Positions 34,898-43,989 of a DNA stretch of 64,000 bases are shown here, piece by piece. The translations under genes and the position numbers were made by a program. The stretch lies in NCBI GenBank assembly GCA_040756875.1, contig JBFLYH010000001.1, forward strand, positions 864,001 through 928,000, given 5' to 3'. The DNA comes from a candidate division FCPU426 bacterium. GTDB taxonomy: Bacteria; Oederibacteriota; JAAXVQ01; JAUVAV01. Numbering within the stretch: the first letter of the stretch is position 1; each line of letters starts with the position of its first letter. Below the pieces are notes generated by a model. That model saw nothing but the letters and a program-made list of their open reading frames with translations. It made no database searches and had not been told where the DNA came from.

Positions 34898-34946
34898 AAG
34901 ATGTTAGCGACCTTTCAATACAACCGCGGGCCGGAAACAGAACAAA

Positions 34947-35032
34947 GGAGCAACTTGAGCAAGTTGACCGCAATCGAGCCGCAGCCTTCCATTTACTCAT
35001 TACTCAAATTGTTCCATTTGCTCAATTGCTCC
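34947..35032. repeat. Inverted array of degenerate 8-9-bp units (TTGAGCAA-like) between tRNA-Arg and tRNA-Lys
   Basis: GGAGCAACTTGAGCAAGTTGAC.. facing ..TTGTTCCATTTGCTCAATTGCTCC. Confidence 0.7.
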
Positions 35033-35054
35033 GTTTCCCGCGGCGCGGGAAACC

Positions 35055-35130
35055 TGGCGCGCCTGAGACGAATCGAACGTCCGACCAACGGCTTCGGAGG
35101 CCGTTGCTCTATCCACTGAGCTACAGGCGC
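35055..35130 (-). tRNA. tRNA-Arg(CCG)
   Basis: 76-nt cloverleaf, anticodon loop CTCCGAA, CCA end. Confidence 0.95.
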
Positions 35131-35150
35131 ATAAATTCCAAGATGAAAAT

Positions 35151-35220
35151 GGAGCAACTTGAGCAATTTGAGCAACTCGAACACTCCACTTGCTCAACTT
35201 GCTCTATTGCTCAATTGCTC
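35151..35220. repeat. Second inverted array of 8-9-bp TTGAGCAA-like units between tRNA-His and tRNA-Arg
   Basis: GGAGCAACTTGAGCAATTTGAGCAACTCGAACA facing ACTTGCTCAACTTGCTCTATTGCTCAATTGCTC. Confidence 0.8.
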
Positions 35221-35242
35221 AGCCCCTCGCGCAGCGAGGGGC

Positions 35243-35320
35243 TGGGGTGGACGACGGGATTCGAACCCGCGGCCTCCAGGACCACAACCTGGCGCTCAAA
35301 CCAGCTGAGCTACGTCCACC
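35243..35320 (-). tRNA. tRNA-His(GUG)
   Basis: Cloverleaf with encoded G-1, C discriminator, anticodon loop TTGTGGT, CCA end. Confidence 0.95.
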
Positions 35321-35362
35321 ACCCAATGCTCCGGGAGGCAAACTTTCCGAAGCAGAATGAAC

Positions 35363-35390
35363 ATTTTACGTAATTGCCTTGACTTGTCAA
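35363..35390 (-). promoter_or_regulatory. sigma70-type promoter of the tRNA His-Arg-Lys cluster
   Basis: TTGACA-N16-TAAAAT, typical spacing for stable-RNA promoters. Confidence 0.75.
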
Positions 35391-35529
35391 TGCTTTTCGG
35401 CCAGCGCAAAATCTAACAGAGTGCTGAAAAACAGAAATATCTTCCGCTGGCGCCCTATTATCCCTTAAAAAGCTCCTGATTTTCCAAGGAATATTCAACG
35501 CAGCGCGGGCAACGATAGCCATCAGCCTG

Positions 35530-37050
35530 CTAACGGCCGCCCAGTTCCTCCTTGACCCGGACTATCTTCAGGTTTTTTTTATCCGGATCGGACAAAAGGC
35601 CCAGATAGGAAATGGTATTCCCGGAGGTGAAAACCACGTTGCCGTCCACGATGCTGTTGAACGCCTCACCGGGATGACCGTTGACCATGACATAGCGGTT
35701 CAATCCGCGCGTAGCCACGTAAACCACGTATTTGCCGCCCGGGCATTCCACCACCGGCCAGACATCGTGGTAATATGGGTGGGATTTTCCGTTTACAACC
35801 ACGAATAAATTGAACCCGCGGTTGGCCCGATAGGTCAGGGTTTGGTTGTCCGCGCCGTACGTCATGGATTTCACCAGGTCATATTTGCCATAAGAACGGC
35901 CGTCGGCCACCACCGTCACTTTCTTATCCTTTTCTGCGCTGTAGGCAAAGTGTTTGCCATCGCCGCTGAAGACCATTTCCCCGACGGCATCGAAGGCCCC
36001 CCCTTCCTTGCCGTCCAGTACCACGCTTTGATATTTCACACCCTTGACTTTTTCGCTCTCGCGCACGATCACATAAGCCACGCGCGCGCCATCCACGCTC
36101 AGCCGCAGGGACGTGGGTTCGATCTGCGGGAAAGCCGGGCCGGCTTCGTTGTCGCGGACAACGTGCCATTGTTTTTGATCCTGGACCGCATAAGCCAGAT
36201 GCTGGCCATCCTGGCTGAAGACCAGCGAATCCTTTGCCACGATGTCGTGAGGGGCCTGGGGTTGGTTGTCCAGAACAACCATTTCCTGCGCCTCCACCAC
36301 CACAGCATAGGCCAGATGTTCGCCGTCAGGACTCAGGACCGGGTCTCCGGTCAAGGCGTAACTTTTCAACTTTTGCCCGTCGTAAACGATGAAGGACTTG
36401 CCGCCGCTTTCGGCCCGGTAGGCCACGTGGCGGCCGTCCGGGGAAAACACCGGCTCCCCGGCGTCCGTGTACACCGGGCTTTTCCTGCCATCCACCACGA
36501 CCGCCATTTTCTCGTCGCCGATGTGGCCCCGGTAGGCCATCCGCCTGCCGTCCTGGCTAAAAACCGGGGGGTCCACCTTTTCATACCGTTCCTGTTCACG
36601 GCCATTAACCACCAGGATTTCTTTGCCGCCCGCCTCGCCGATATAGATGGCTTTCTGGCTGTCCGGGCTGAACTTCAAGGCCGCGACGCTTTGATAGGCG
36701 TTTCCGGGCTTGCCGTCCACGACTACTTTCCAGCGTTCGCCCTGAAGGGCGCCGTACATAAAACGTTTGCCGTCTGGGCTGAAGGTCAGCCAGCCGACCT
36801 CGTCGTACGGCTGGCTTTCATGTTTGCCGACGGTGATGCGCTGTTTGTCTTCCTCGGCGCGGATATAGGCCAAGGTTTGGTTGTCCGGCGAAGTGCGCAC
36901 GGAATCATATACCACATCCATTAACTCGGCTACCGGCTCCTGGGTCACTTTGCGTTCAACTTTGGGACCGGGCTGCCCGCCCCCGCAACCCGCGAGCACC
37001 AGCATTCCCACCATTGCGATTCGCACGCTTATGTCGTTTGTCATCGTCAT
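35530..37050 (-). CDS. Lipoprotein with TolB/PD40-like beta-propeller repeats
   Basis: Lipobox LAGC; about ten repeats of FSPDG++LAY..VVVDGK. Confidence 0.85.
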   Translation of the reverse strand: MTMTNDISVRIAMVGMLVLAGCGGGQPGPKVERKVTQEPVAELMDVVYDSVRTSPDNQTLAYIRAEEDKQRITVGKHESQPYDEVGWLTFSPDGKRFMYGALQGERWKVVVDGKPGNAYQSVAALKFSPDSQKAIYIGEAGGKEILVVNGREQERYEKVDPPVFSQDGRRMAYRGHIGDEKMAVVVDGRKSPVYTDAGEPVFSPDGRHVAYRAESGGKSFIVYDGQKLKSYALTGDPVLSPDGEHLAYAVVVEAQEMVVLDNQPQAPHDIVAKDSLVFSQDGQHLAYAVQDQKQWHVVRDNEAGPAFPQIEPTSLRLSVDGARVAYVIVRESEKVKGVKYQSVVLDGKEGGAFDAVGEMVFSGDGKHFAYSAEKDKKVTVVADGRSYGKYDLVKSMTYGADNQTLTYRANRGFNLFVVVNGKSHPYYHDVWPVVECPGGKYVVYVATRGLNRYVMVNGHPGEAFNSIVDGNVVFTSGNTISYLGLLSDPDKKNLKIVRVKEELGGR

Positions 37051-37133
37051 GCCTTGGCCCTCCCCCGTTATGGATGTGCTTGGACTATCCTAATATAGAA
37101 GCCCGCAACTTTCCAGTTTCATCATCGCCATTC

Positions 37134-37949
37134 CTACCCTCTTTTCCTCCGGCGTTTCCCGCGCAATGCCCGCATGGCAAACAGCGCTTTACGCAACTTG
37201 GCGTAATGGGAACCCTTCCAATAAATACGGCCACAGGATCGGCAGTTATAAAAGCAACGATAAGTTCTCGCGGTCATGGGTGGTAGCCGGTTTGCCACTG
37301 CCTGCTTGTTCACCTTCACCAGCCGGCCGTTGCAAACCAGGCAGCGTGAAAATGGCCGCCCGACGCAGGCCCGCGGGTACCGCCGCAAGACCTCGCGCCA
37401 CTGCCGTTCCGTATCCGTGGCACGAACCCAATGACCGTGGCGGAGCGCTTTGTGCTTCAACAGATTGAGGTCCCGGGTCAGGACCGCCCGCCGCTCCCGG
37501 AGGGCAACGGCCACGATTTCCTCATCCGAAAAATCGTTGCGGTACGCTGTATCCAAGCCCCACAGGCGCAGACGGCGGGCCAGCTTGCCCAAATGCACGT
37601 CTGCGACGAATTTAAGGGGCCGCGGCCCGTCCGCAGGCGCTAGCGGTTTCAGGCCGCGCCTGGTCAAACGTGTGAAATGGGGATAAACCGATACTCGTTC
37701 GCCCGGAAAAACCTGATAGGCAAAACCCACGGATCGCCCGGAAACCAGGATATGGGCCACTTCCACGTGCGGCACACCCAGTGCCTCCAAAGTATCCTTG
37801 ACCGCAGGGCGGCCTTTCACTGGATGCCAAAAACAACGATGCCGTCGGGCCGAAGGCAGAAAATCGTTCAGATGGCCGTAGAATCTATAAGAAGCTGTCG
37901 TTTGCAGGATGGGGGGAGGCGGTGGTTGGCTTGGAGTCTTCGGGATCAA
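37134..37949 (-). CDS. Mut7-C RNase (PIN fold) with N-terminal ubiquitin-like domain
   Basis: KDTLEALGVPHVEV, FVADVHLGKLARRLRLWGLD, LTRD, RCLVCNG, CRSCGRIYWKGSHY. Confidence 0.9.
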   Translation of the reverse strand: MIPKTPSQPPPPPILQTTASYRFYGHLNDFLPSARRHRCFWHPVKGRPAVKDTLEALGVPHVEVAHILVSGRSVGFAYQVFPGERVSVYPHFTRLTRRGLKPLAPADGPRPLKFVADVHLGKLARRLRLWGLDTAYRNDFSDEEIVAVALRERRAVLTRDLNLLKHKALRHGHWVRATDTERQWREVLRRYPRACVGRPFSRCLVCNGRLVKVNKQAVANRLPPMTARTYRCFYNCRSCGRIYWKGSHYAKLRKALFAMRALRGKRRRKRG

Positions 37950-37970
37950 AGCCGCCGCACCCTGAGGAGG

Positions 37971-38540
37971 CTACTCTTCCCAGCGGATTTCCCAGACGCA
38001 GGCCGGCGCGCCCTTGAGCACGCACTGAACGTGCGTGGTATGCGTGTTTTTCCCGCCTGATATACGGATGATCTCGTCAATCGAAGGGGTCAGGTTGTAT
38101 TCGTGGTTCGGCGGTGTATTGGAAAAACCCGTCAGTGTGGCCCGGGCATGGCAAGGCTCCGGCACCTCGGTCAGCATTTTTCCGGAATCGAACCATTGCT
38201 GCCAGGCGATGTTCGCCCTTTTAATGATGAACGCCGGCGTGACGAAGGAAACGAGGATTTTATACACGCCTTTGAAATTTTTATCCATGTTGTAGCGGGC
38301 GGCTTCTTCCACGATCTTCATGTCGCCCTTGCCGAGCACCTTGTCGGCCACGACGATCATGCGCATGTAGAAGCCGAAATCCACCCACGTCACAGGCAAA
38401 ATCGGTTTATCGAAGGTTTTTTGGTCTTCCGGACTCAAGGCTGACCGCAGCATTTGCATGCCGGGTTCGCCGAAGCGTTGTTTGAGGAACTCATAAACCG
38501 CCAAAGGGCCGGTTCCCTTGACATTGGCCATTTCCGTCAT
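37971..38540 (-). CDS. Hypothetical small-ligand-binding protein (V4R/H-NOX-like)
   Basis: N-terminal VKGT and C-terminal HVQCVLKGAPACVWEIRW resemble V4R-type stand-alone proteins. Confidence 0.55.
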   Translation of the reverse strand: MTEMANVKGTGPLAVYEFLKQRFGEPGMQMLRSALSPEDQKTFDKPILPVTWVDFGFYMRMIVVADKVLGKGDMKIVEEAARYNMDKNFKGVYKILVSFVTPAFIIKRANIAWQQWFDSGKMLTEVPEPCHARATLTGFSNTPPNHEYNLTPSIDEIIRISGGKNTHTTHVQCVLKGAPACVWEIRWEE

Positions 38541-38611
38541 CCTCCCGATAAACTCGGGTTATTTTAGCACAAAGTCAGACTAGTGAAAGGCGAAAATCCG
38601 GTCCCAATAAT

Positions 38612-38646
38612 AAAAACGCCGCGCGGCCCAAATGACCGCGCGGCGT
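38612..38646 (-). terminator. Intrinsic terminator after the membrane pyrophosphatase gene
   Basis: ACGCCGCGCGG / CCGCGCGGCGT stem followed by a T-run on the minus strand. Confidence 0.7.
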
Positions 38647-38660
38647 CGGGAAAGCCCGGA

Positions 38661-41105
38661 TTAACGCTTGATGCGCATGGCGTAGAAGGAACGCCAGACG
38701 AAGGTGGCTGAGATCAGGAAAAACAGGGCCGCCACCTCCAGGCTGATGCTCCTGGGCAAGGTGATGGCCAGCTCCACGGCCAGCAGCCCGAAAAGCGTGG
38801 TGAATTTAATGACCGGATTCATGGCCACGGACGACGTGTCCTTGAAGGGATCACCCACCGTGTCGCCCACCACCGTGGCGTCGTGCAGCGGCGTGCCCTT
38901 TTCCTTGAGCTCGGTTTCCACGATTTTCTTGGCGTTGTCCCAGGCGCCGCCCGCGTCAGCCATGAAGATGGCCTGGTACAGGCCGAAGACGGCGATGGAG
39001 ATGAGGTAGCCGATGAAGAAACTGGAGTCCAAACAGGCGAAGGCCAGCGTGGCGGTGAAGACCGCGATGAAGATGTTGAACATACCGCGCTGGGCGTACT
39101 GGGTGCAGATCTCGACCACGCGCTTGCTGTCCTCGATCGAGGCCTTGGTGGCGCCCTTGTCGAGCTTGATGTTGGACTTGATGAATTCCACGGCGCGGAA
39201 GGCACCGGTCGAAACCGCCTGGGTGGAGGCACCGGTGAACCAGTAGATCATAGCGCCGCCGGTGATCAGGCCGAGCAGGAAGAGCGGGTTCAGAACCGAG
39301 AACATGCCAGCCGCCTGATTGAGCTGGTCCTGCGTGATCATCTGGTGCCCGCCGGGATTGGCGAGGAGCACGATGATGGAAAAGATCAGGGTTGTAGCGC
39401 CAACCACGGCCGTGCCGATCAGCACGGGTTTGGCCGTAGCTTTGAAGGTATTGCCGGCGCCGTCGTTTTCCTCCAGGAACCCCTTGGCCTTGGCGAAATC
39501 CGGCTCAAAGCCGAAATCCTTCTGGATCTCCTGTTTGATTTTGGGCAGGGTTTCAATGGTCGAAAGTTCGTAAACTGACTGGGCGTTGTCCGTGACCGGT
39601 CCGTACGAATCCACGGCAATGGTCACCGGGCCCATGCCCAGGAACCCGAAGGCCACCAGGCCGAACGCGAAGACCGAAGGGGCTACCATGTGGTCTCCCA
39701 GCCCGGCCGTGCTCACCAGATAAGCCACGGCCATGAGTGCGATGATCGAGAGGCCCATCCAATATGCCGAAAAATTGCCGGCCACGAAGCCCGAAAGGAT
39801 GTTGAGCGAGGGGCCGCCTTCACGGGACGAGGTCACCACCTCCTGCACGTGCTGGGACTTGGTGGAGGTGAAGATCTTGACCAGCTCGGGGATGATGGCG
39901 CCGGCCAGGGTGCCGCAGGTGATGATGGTGGCCAGCTTCCACCAAATAGTGCCGTCGCCCACGTCGCGGATCAGGTAATACGAGGCCAGGTAGGTCATGG
40001 CGATGGAGATGGCCGAGGTGAGCCAGACCAGATTGGTGAGCGGGGTTTCGAAGTGCATTTTATCCGCCCGGCTGTAGCGGGCCTTGGCCAGGGCTTCGTT
40101 GATCCAGTAAGAGACGCCGCTGGTGACGATCATCAGGATACGCATGACGAAGATCCAGACCAGCAGCTGGATCTGGGTCGTGGAATTGGCCACGGCCAGC
40201 ACGATGAAGGTGATGAGCGCCACACCGGTCACGCCATAGGTTTCGAACCCGTCGGCCGTGGGGCCGACCGAGTCGCCGGCGTTGTCGCCCGTGCAGTCCG
40301 CGATCACGCCCGGGTTGCGCGCGTCGTCCTCCTTGATTTTGAAGACGATCTTCATCAGGTCCGAGCCGATATCCGCGATCTTGGTGAAGATGCCGCCGGC
40401 GATCCGGAGGGCTGCCGCGCCCAGCGATTCGCCGATGGCGAAACCGATGAAACAGAACCCGGCCAGGTGCCCGGGAATGTAGAGCAGGATGGCCAGCATG
40501 ATGATCAGTTCGATGCTGATCAGGAGCATGCCGATGCTGATGCCGGCCTTGAGCGGAATGGCGTAGGTCGGATAGGGTTTACCGCCCAGGCTGGCGAAGG
40601 CCGCGCGCGAGTTGGCGAAGGTGTTGACGCGGATGCCGAACAGGGCCACGAAAAAGCTGCCGGCGATGCCCACCAGGCTGAACAGCAGGATGATCAGCAT
40701 GTTGCCGAAGCCCACGGGTTTGAGCCAGCCGAAATAAACGGTGATGATCACGCCGATGAAGACCCACAGCAGCAGGATGAATTTAAGCTGGGTGAAGAGA
40801 TAGGTTTTGCAGGTGGCGTAGATCAGTTCGGAGATTTCGCGCATGGCTTTGTGCACCGGCATGTTCCGCAACTGCATATACATGCCCAGACCGAACAGCA
40901 TGCCCAGCAGGCAGATGAGAATGCCCCAGTTCAGCAGCGTGCTGCCCGACAGGCCCAGGAAAGCCACGCTGCCCAGGTCCGGCAGCTTCAAATCCGCTTC
41001 GCTGGCCCAGGCCGGAAGCGCGAGCGCCGAGGCAAGCGCAGCCACGGCCGCCACCTGTGCCCCTCGGATCAGGTTGTGTATCCACTTCGAAAACCCTTGC
41101 TTCAT
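38661..41105 (-). CDS. hppA: Membrane-bound ion-translocating pyrophosphatase
   Basis: GGIFTKIADIGSDL..EDDARNPGVIADCTGDNAGD, GPVTDNA, GGAWDNAKK, GDTVGDPFKDTS. Confidence 0.95.
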   Translation of the reverse strand: MKQGFSKWIHNLIRGAQVAAVAALASALALPAWASEADLKLPDLGSVAFLGLSGSTLLNWGILICLLGMLFGLGMYMQLRNMPVHKAMREISELIYATCKTYLFTQLKFILLLWVFIGVIITVYFGWLKPVGFGNMLIILLFSLVGIAGSFFVALFGIRVNTFANSRAAFASLGGKPYPTYAIPLKAGISIGMLLISIELIIMLAILLYIPGHLAGFCFIGFAIGESLGAAALRIAGGIFTKIADIGSDLMKIVFKIKEDDARNPGVIADCTGDNAGDSVGPTADGFETYGVTGVALITFIVLAVANSTTQIQLLVWIFVMRILMIVTSGVSYWINEALAKARYSRADKMHFETPLTNLVWLTSAISIAMTYLASYYLIRDVGDGTIWWKLATIITCGTLAGAIIPELVKIFTSTKSQHVQEVVTSSREGGPSLNILSGFVAGNFSAYWMGLSIIALMAVAYLVSTAGLGDHMVAPSVFAFGLVAFGFLGMGPVTIAVDSYGPVTDNAQSVYELSTIETLPKIKQEIQKDFGFEPDFAKAKGFLEENDGAGNTFKATAKPVLIGTAVVGATTLIFSIIVLLANPGGHQMITQDQLNQAAGMFSVLNPLFLLGLITGGAMIYWFTGASTQAVSTGAFRAVEFIKSNIKLDKGATKASIEDSKRVVEICTQYAQRGMFNIFIAVFTATLAFACLDSSFFIGYLISIAVFGLYQAIFMADAGGAWDNAKKIVETELKEKGTPLHDATVVGDTVGDPFKDTSSVAMNPVIKFTTLFGLLAVELAITLPRSISLEVAALFFLISATFVWRSFYAMRIKR

Positions 41106-41291
41106 TCTAGCCTCCCTAAATTGGTTTGTGGAGCCCCGCGGGCCGAAAGGCCCGCGGTACTTACTTCCAATCCTGCGTTGAACTGTTTTTAGCAGGCGAC
41201 ATCCCCGACGCAGAGCACTTCATCATTTTTCACCGGGCAAGCCCCGGGTTTCCTGCGGAGGGGAAAGAATCGGACCCCAAATTGAGGCACT

Positions 41292-41319
41292 ATTATGAAC
41301 ACCCGGAGCGAGTTGTCAA
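41292..41319 (-). promoter_or_regulatory. Candidate sigma70 promoter of hppA, implying a ~180-nt leader
   Basis: TTGACA-N16-CATAAT on the minus strand. Confidence 0.5.
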
Positions 41320-41367
41320 ATTATTTTTCAGGCGGAACGGCGGGAAGATGCCGAAAGCGTTCCGGAT

Positions 41368-43092
41368 TCACGCAGGTTTTCGTTGCTGCCCTGTCCGCGC
41401 GCTTCCCCGCCTTAACAGCGTCTGCCGTTGCCGCCTGCGTTCCTGATGCGTACGGGGCACGGCCAGTTTTTTCCGGGTCCAGGGGTTTTCGCCTGTGGCA
41501 TACATGACGCCGGCCAGGGTCATGGGCAAGGGGATGAAATCCTGCATCTGTTCTACGCGCAGCCCCAACCGTTTGGCTTGCACAGCCGCCTGTTTCATGC
41601 CGGCGGCGTCGGCGCCGGGAAAAGAAGCGATGAAATAGGCCGTCAGCAGGCCGCGCTGGCCCGAGCGGGTGCAGGCCGCCTGATACGCCCGCACAAAACG
41701 CTCAAACACTTCCCATGGCGGCTTGCGCATCAAGGCCAGCACTTCGGAATCAGCGTGTTCAGGGGCGACTTTCAATGCACCCGAAACATGCCCGCCATGC
41801 ACCAAACCGGAAAGGTATCCGGGATCGCAAAGCGCCAGGTCGTAACGGATGCCCGAGGCCACGAAGACGTGCCTGACCCCGGGGATAGCCGCCGCTTGTT
41901 TCAGCAGTTTCAGCTGGGCCGCGTGGCTGGTCTCCAGGTGGCGGCACACTTCGGGCACCAGGCACGAGGGCCGGCTGCACGGCCCGTGCGGCCGCGAACA
42001 ACGCAACCCGTACATGTTCGCCGTCGGGCCGCCGAGATCCGTGAGGGTGCCGTGGAAATCCGGCCGGGCCGCCAGGCGGCGCGCTTCGGCCAGAACTGAC
42101 TCCGCGCTGCGGGACTGAATCACCTTGCCCTGGTGCAGCCCCAGGGCGCAAAAACTGCAGCCGCCGAAGCAGCCGCGGTGCGTGATGATCGAATGGCGCA
42201 CCGGTTCAAGCGCCGGAACGGGTTCGGCGTATGACGGGTGCGCCTCCCGGGCGAACGGCAAACCGTAGATCTCGTCCAACTCCGCCGCGCCGAGCGGCCG
42301 GGAGGGAGGATAAACGGCCACCCAGCGTTTCCCGTGCGGCTGTGCGATCACTCTCGCCGGATGGCCTTCGCGGGCGCGCTCCTCGTCCGTTGCGGCCCGA
42401 GTCAATAAGCGGCGGTCCTGAACCAAGTCCTCATAGGACGGCAGCATAACCAGGCCCGGATCCCCGGGAAGGCTGGCAACGACCGCCGCAGTGCCCGGAA
42501 TGCCGGCCAGGTCCGACTCTTGATCCAGCCGGCGCGCGATCTCAGCAACCGCCAGTTCGCCCATGCCGTATACGATCAGGTCCGCTTTGGCGTCCAGCAG
42601 CAGGGACCGCCGGACGCGGTCCTCCCAGTAATCGTAGTGCGCCAGCCGCCGCAGGCTGGCTTCGATGCCGCCCAGCACCACGGCCAGGCCGGGAAAAGCG
42701 CGTTGGATGAGATTGGCGTAGATGATGGAAGCCCGGTTGGGCCGCCGCCCGTGCGCGCCGCCGGGCGCGTAGGCGTCGTCGCGACGGAGTTTCTTGTTGG
42801 CTGTGTAATTGGCGACCAGGGAATCCATGGCGCCGGCCGTGATGCCGGCGAACAAGCGGGGGCGTCCCAGGCGGGTTATTTCCTGTGGTTGTTTCCAATC
42901 CGGCTGGGCGATGACGCCCGTGCGGAACCCCCGGCTGACCAGGTACCGGCCGATAACCGCCGTTCCGAAGCTGGGATGGTCCACATAGGCATCGCCGCTT
43001 ACCAGCAGAACATCGAGTTCATTCCATCCCAGGCGGCGCATTTCCTCCCGCGTCATGGGCAGAAAGCCGGGTTGTTTCAAGGAACGGGTCAT
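41368..43092 (-). CDS. YgiQ (UPF0313) family radical SAM protein
   Basis: GDAYVDHPSFG, HRGCFGGCSFC, DLGGPTANMY, SGIRYDL, KVAPEH. Confidence 0.93.
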   Translation of the reverse strand: MTRSLKQPGFLPMTREEMRRLGWNELDVLLVSGDAYVDHPSFGTAVIGRYLVSRGFRTGVIAQPDWKQPQEITRLGRPRLFAGITAGAMDSLVANYTANKKLRRDDAYAPGGAHGRRPNRASIIYANLIQRAFPGLAVVLGGIEASLRRLAHYDYWEDRVRRSLLLDAKADLIVYGMGELAVAEIARRLDQESDLAGIPGTAAVVASLPGDPGLVMLPSYEDLVQDRRLLTRAATDEERAREGHPARVIAQPHGKRWVAVYPPSRPLGAAELDEIYGLPFAREAHPSYAEPVPALEPVRHSIITHRGCFGGCSFCALGLHQGKVIQSRSAESVLAEARRLAARPDFHGTLTDLGGPTANMYGLRCSRPHGPCSRPSCLVPEVCRHLETSHAAQLKLLKQAAAIPGVRHVFVASGIRYDLALCDPGYLSGLVHGGHVSGALKVAPEHADSEVLALMRKPPWEVFERFVRAYQAACTRSGQRGLLTAYFIASFPGADAAGMKQAAVQAKRLGLRVEQMQDFIPLPMTLAGVMYATGENPWTRKKLAVPRTHQERRRQRQTLLRRGSARTGQQRKPA

Positions 43093-43107
43093 GGGCAGGC
43101 CGGGCGG

Positions 43108-43815
43108 TCAATAAAAATCGAAGCCGATGTCCAACAGCACCTGCCAGCGCTGGTCCTGGAGATAGGTGTCCGGAATGGCGTCAAAACTCATGGCGTTGAA
43201 AACGCGGTCATAATAGAAATCGTTCACCTTGGCCTGGTAGAACGTGTAGCGGAACTTGAGGCCGTAGGAAAACAGCATGTTGCCGAGAGGCACATAACGG
43301 CTCAACCCGGTTTCCGCGTATCCGCCCCAGCCAAAGGTCCAGCGGGGCGTATACCCGTCGATTTCATCGAGCCCGGCCTCCGCCTCGCCGTAATAGCTGC
43401 CGCCGCCGGCCAGGCTCGCCACCCAATCCGTCCCGGGCAGCTGGTAATACAGCCGCGGCCCGAAAAACCAGGCGTAAAAATTTCCGCCCGTGCTCTCGCG
43501 GTCGCCGTAGTCACCGGTGGAGGGGTAATAGACGTACACCTGGTTTTTCATCCGCTCCGTGATGCCGGTATAACCGTAAATACCGCCCACTTCCAATCCC
43601 AGCCACGGCAGGGGTTTGTATCCGATCACCGCATCCAGAGCCAGCCCGCCTCCCCAGATCTCGGAGATTTCTCCGGCAGGCTGCATATAGCCTGCGCCCA
43701 GGTGCATGGTGATCCCGGGCTGCAGAAGCGCGTCCTCGGCCCCGGCCGGACGGACGGCCAAAAGCGCCAGACTCATTCCCAACGCCAACCGCTTCGCCAG
43801 CAACACCTTTTTCAT
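43108..43815 (-). CDS. Outer-membrane beta-barrel protein (OmpA/OmpW-like transmembrane domain)
   Basis: Signal peptide from MKKVLL, alternating aromatic/Gly strands, C-terminal IGFDFY. Confidence 0.65.
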   Translation of the reverse strand: MKKVLLAKRLALGMSLALLAVRPAGAEDALLQPGITMHLGAGYMQPAGEISEIWGGGLALDAVIGYKPLPWLGLEVGGIYGYTGITERMKNQVYVYYPSTGDYGDRESTGGNFYAWFFGPRLYYQLPGTDWVASLAGGGSYYGEAEAGLDEIDGYTPRWTFGWGGYAETGLSRYVPLGNMLFSYGLKFRYTFYQAKVNDFYYDRVFNAMSFDAIPDTYLQDQRWQVLLDIGFDFY

Positions 43816-43989
43816 CGTTCCCCCTTGGTGGCCTTCCCGCCGTTTCCCCGGAAAAGCGGACATTAGTATATCACAGGGAATGGTCTCCCGGCAGGAATCC
43901 TCGGCGCGCCAAAGAGCCTGCGGACCGGAACGAGGTTTTTTTCAATGCAGCAGTTGGCATTCACGGTTTTTTCATTTACAATACCGGCC

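Noticed and set aside
41106-41290. Fluoride or other known riboswitch upstream of hppA
   Set aside because: Could not find the fluoride riboswitch consensus or another known aptamer by eye.
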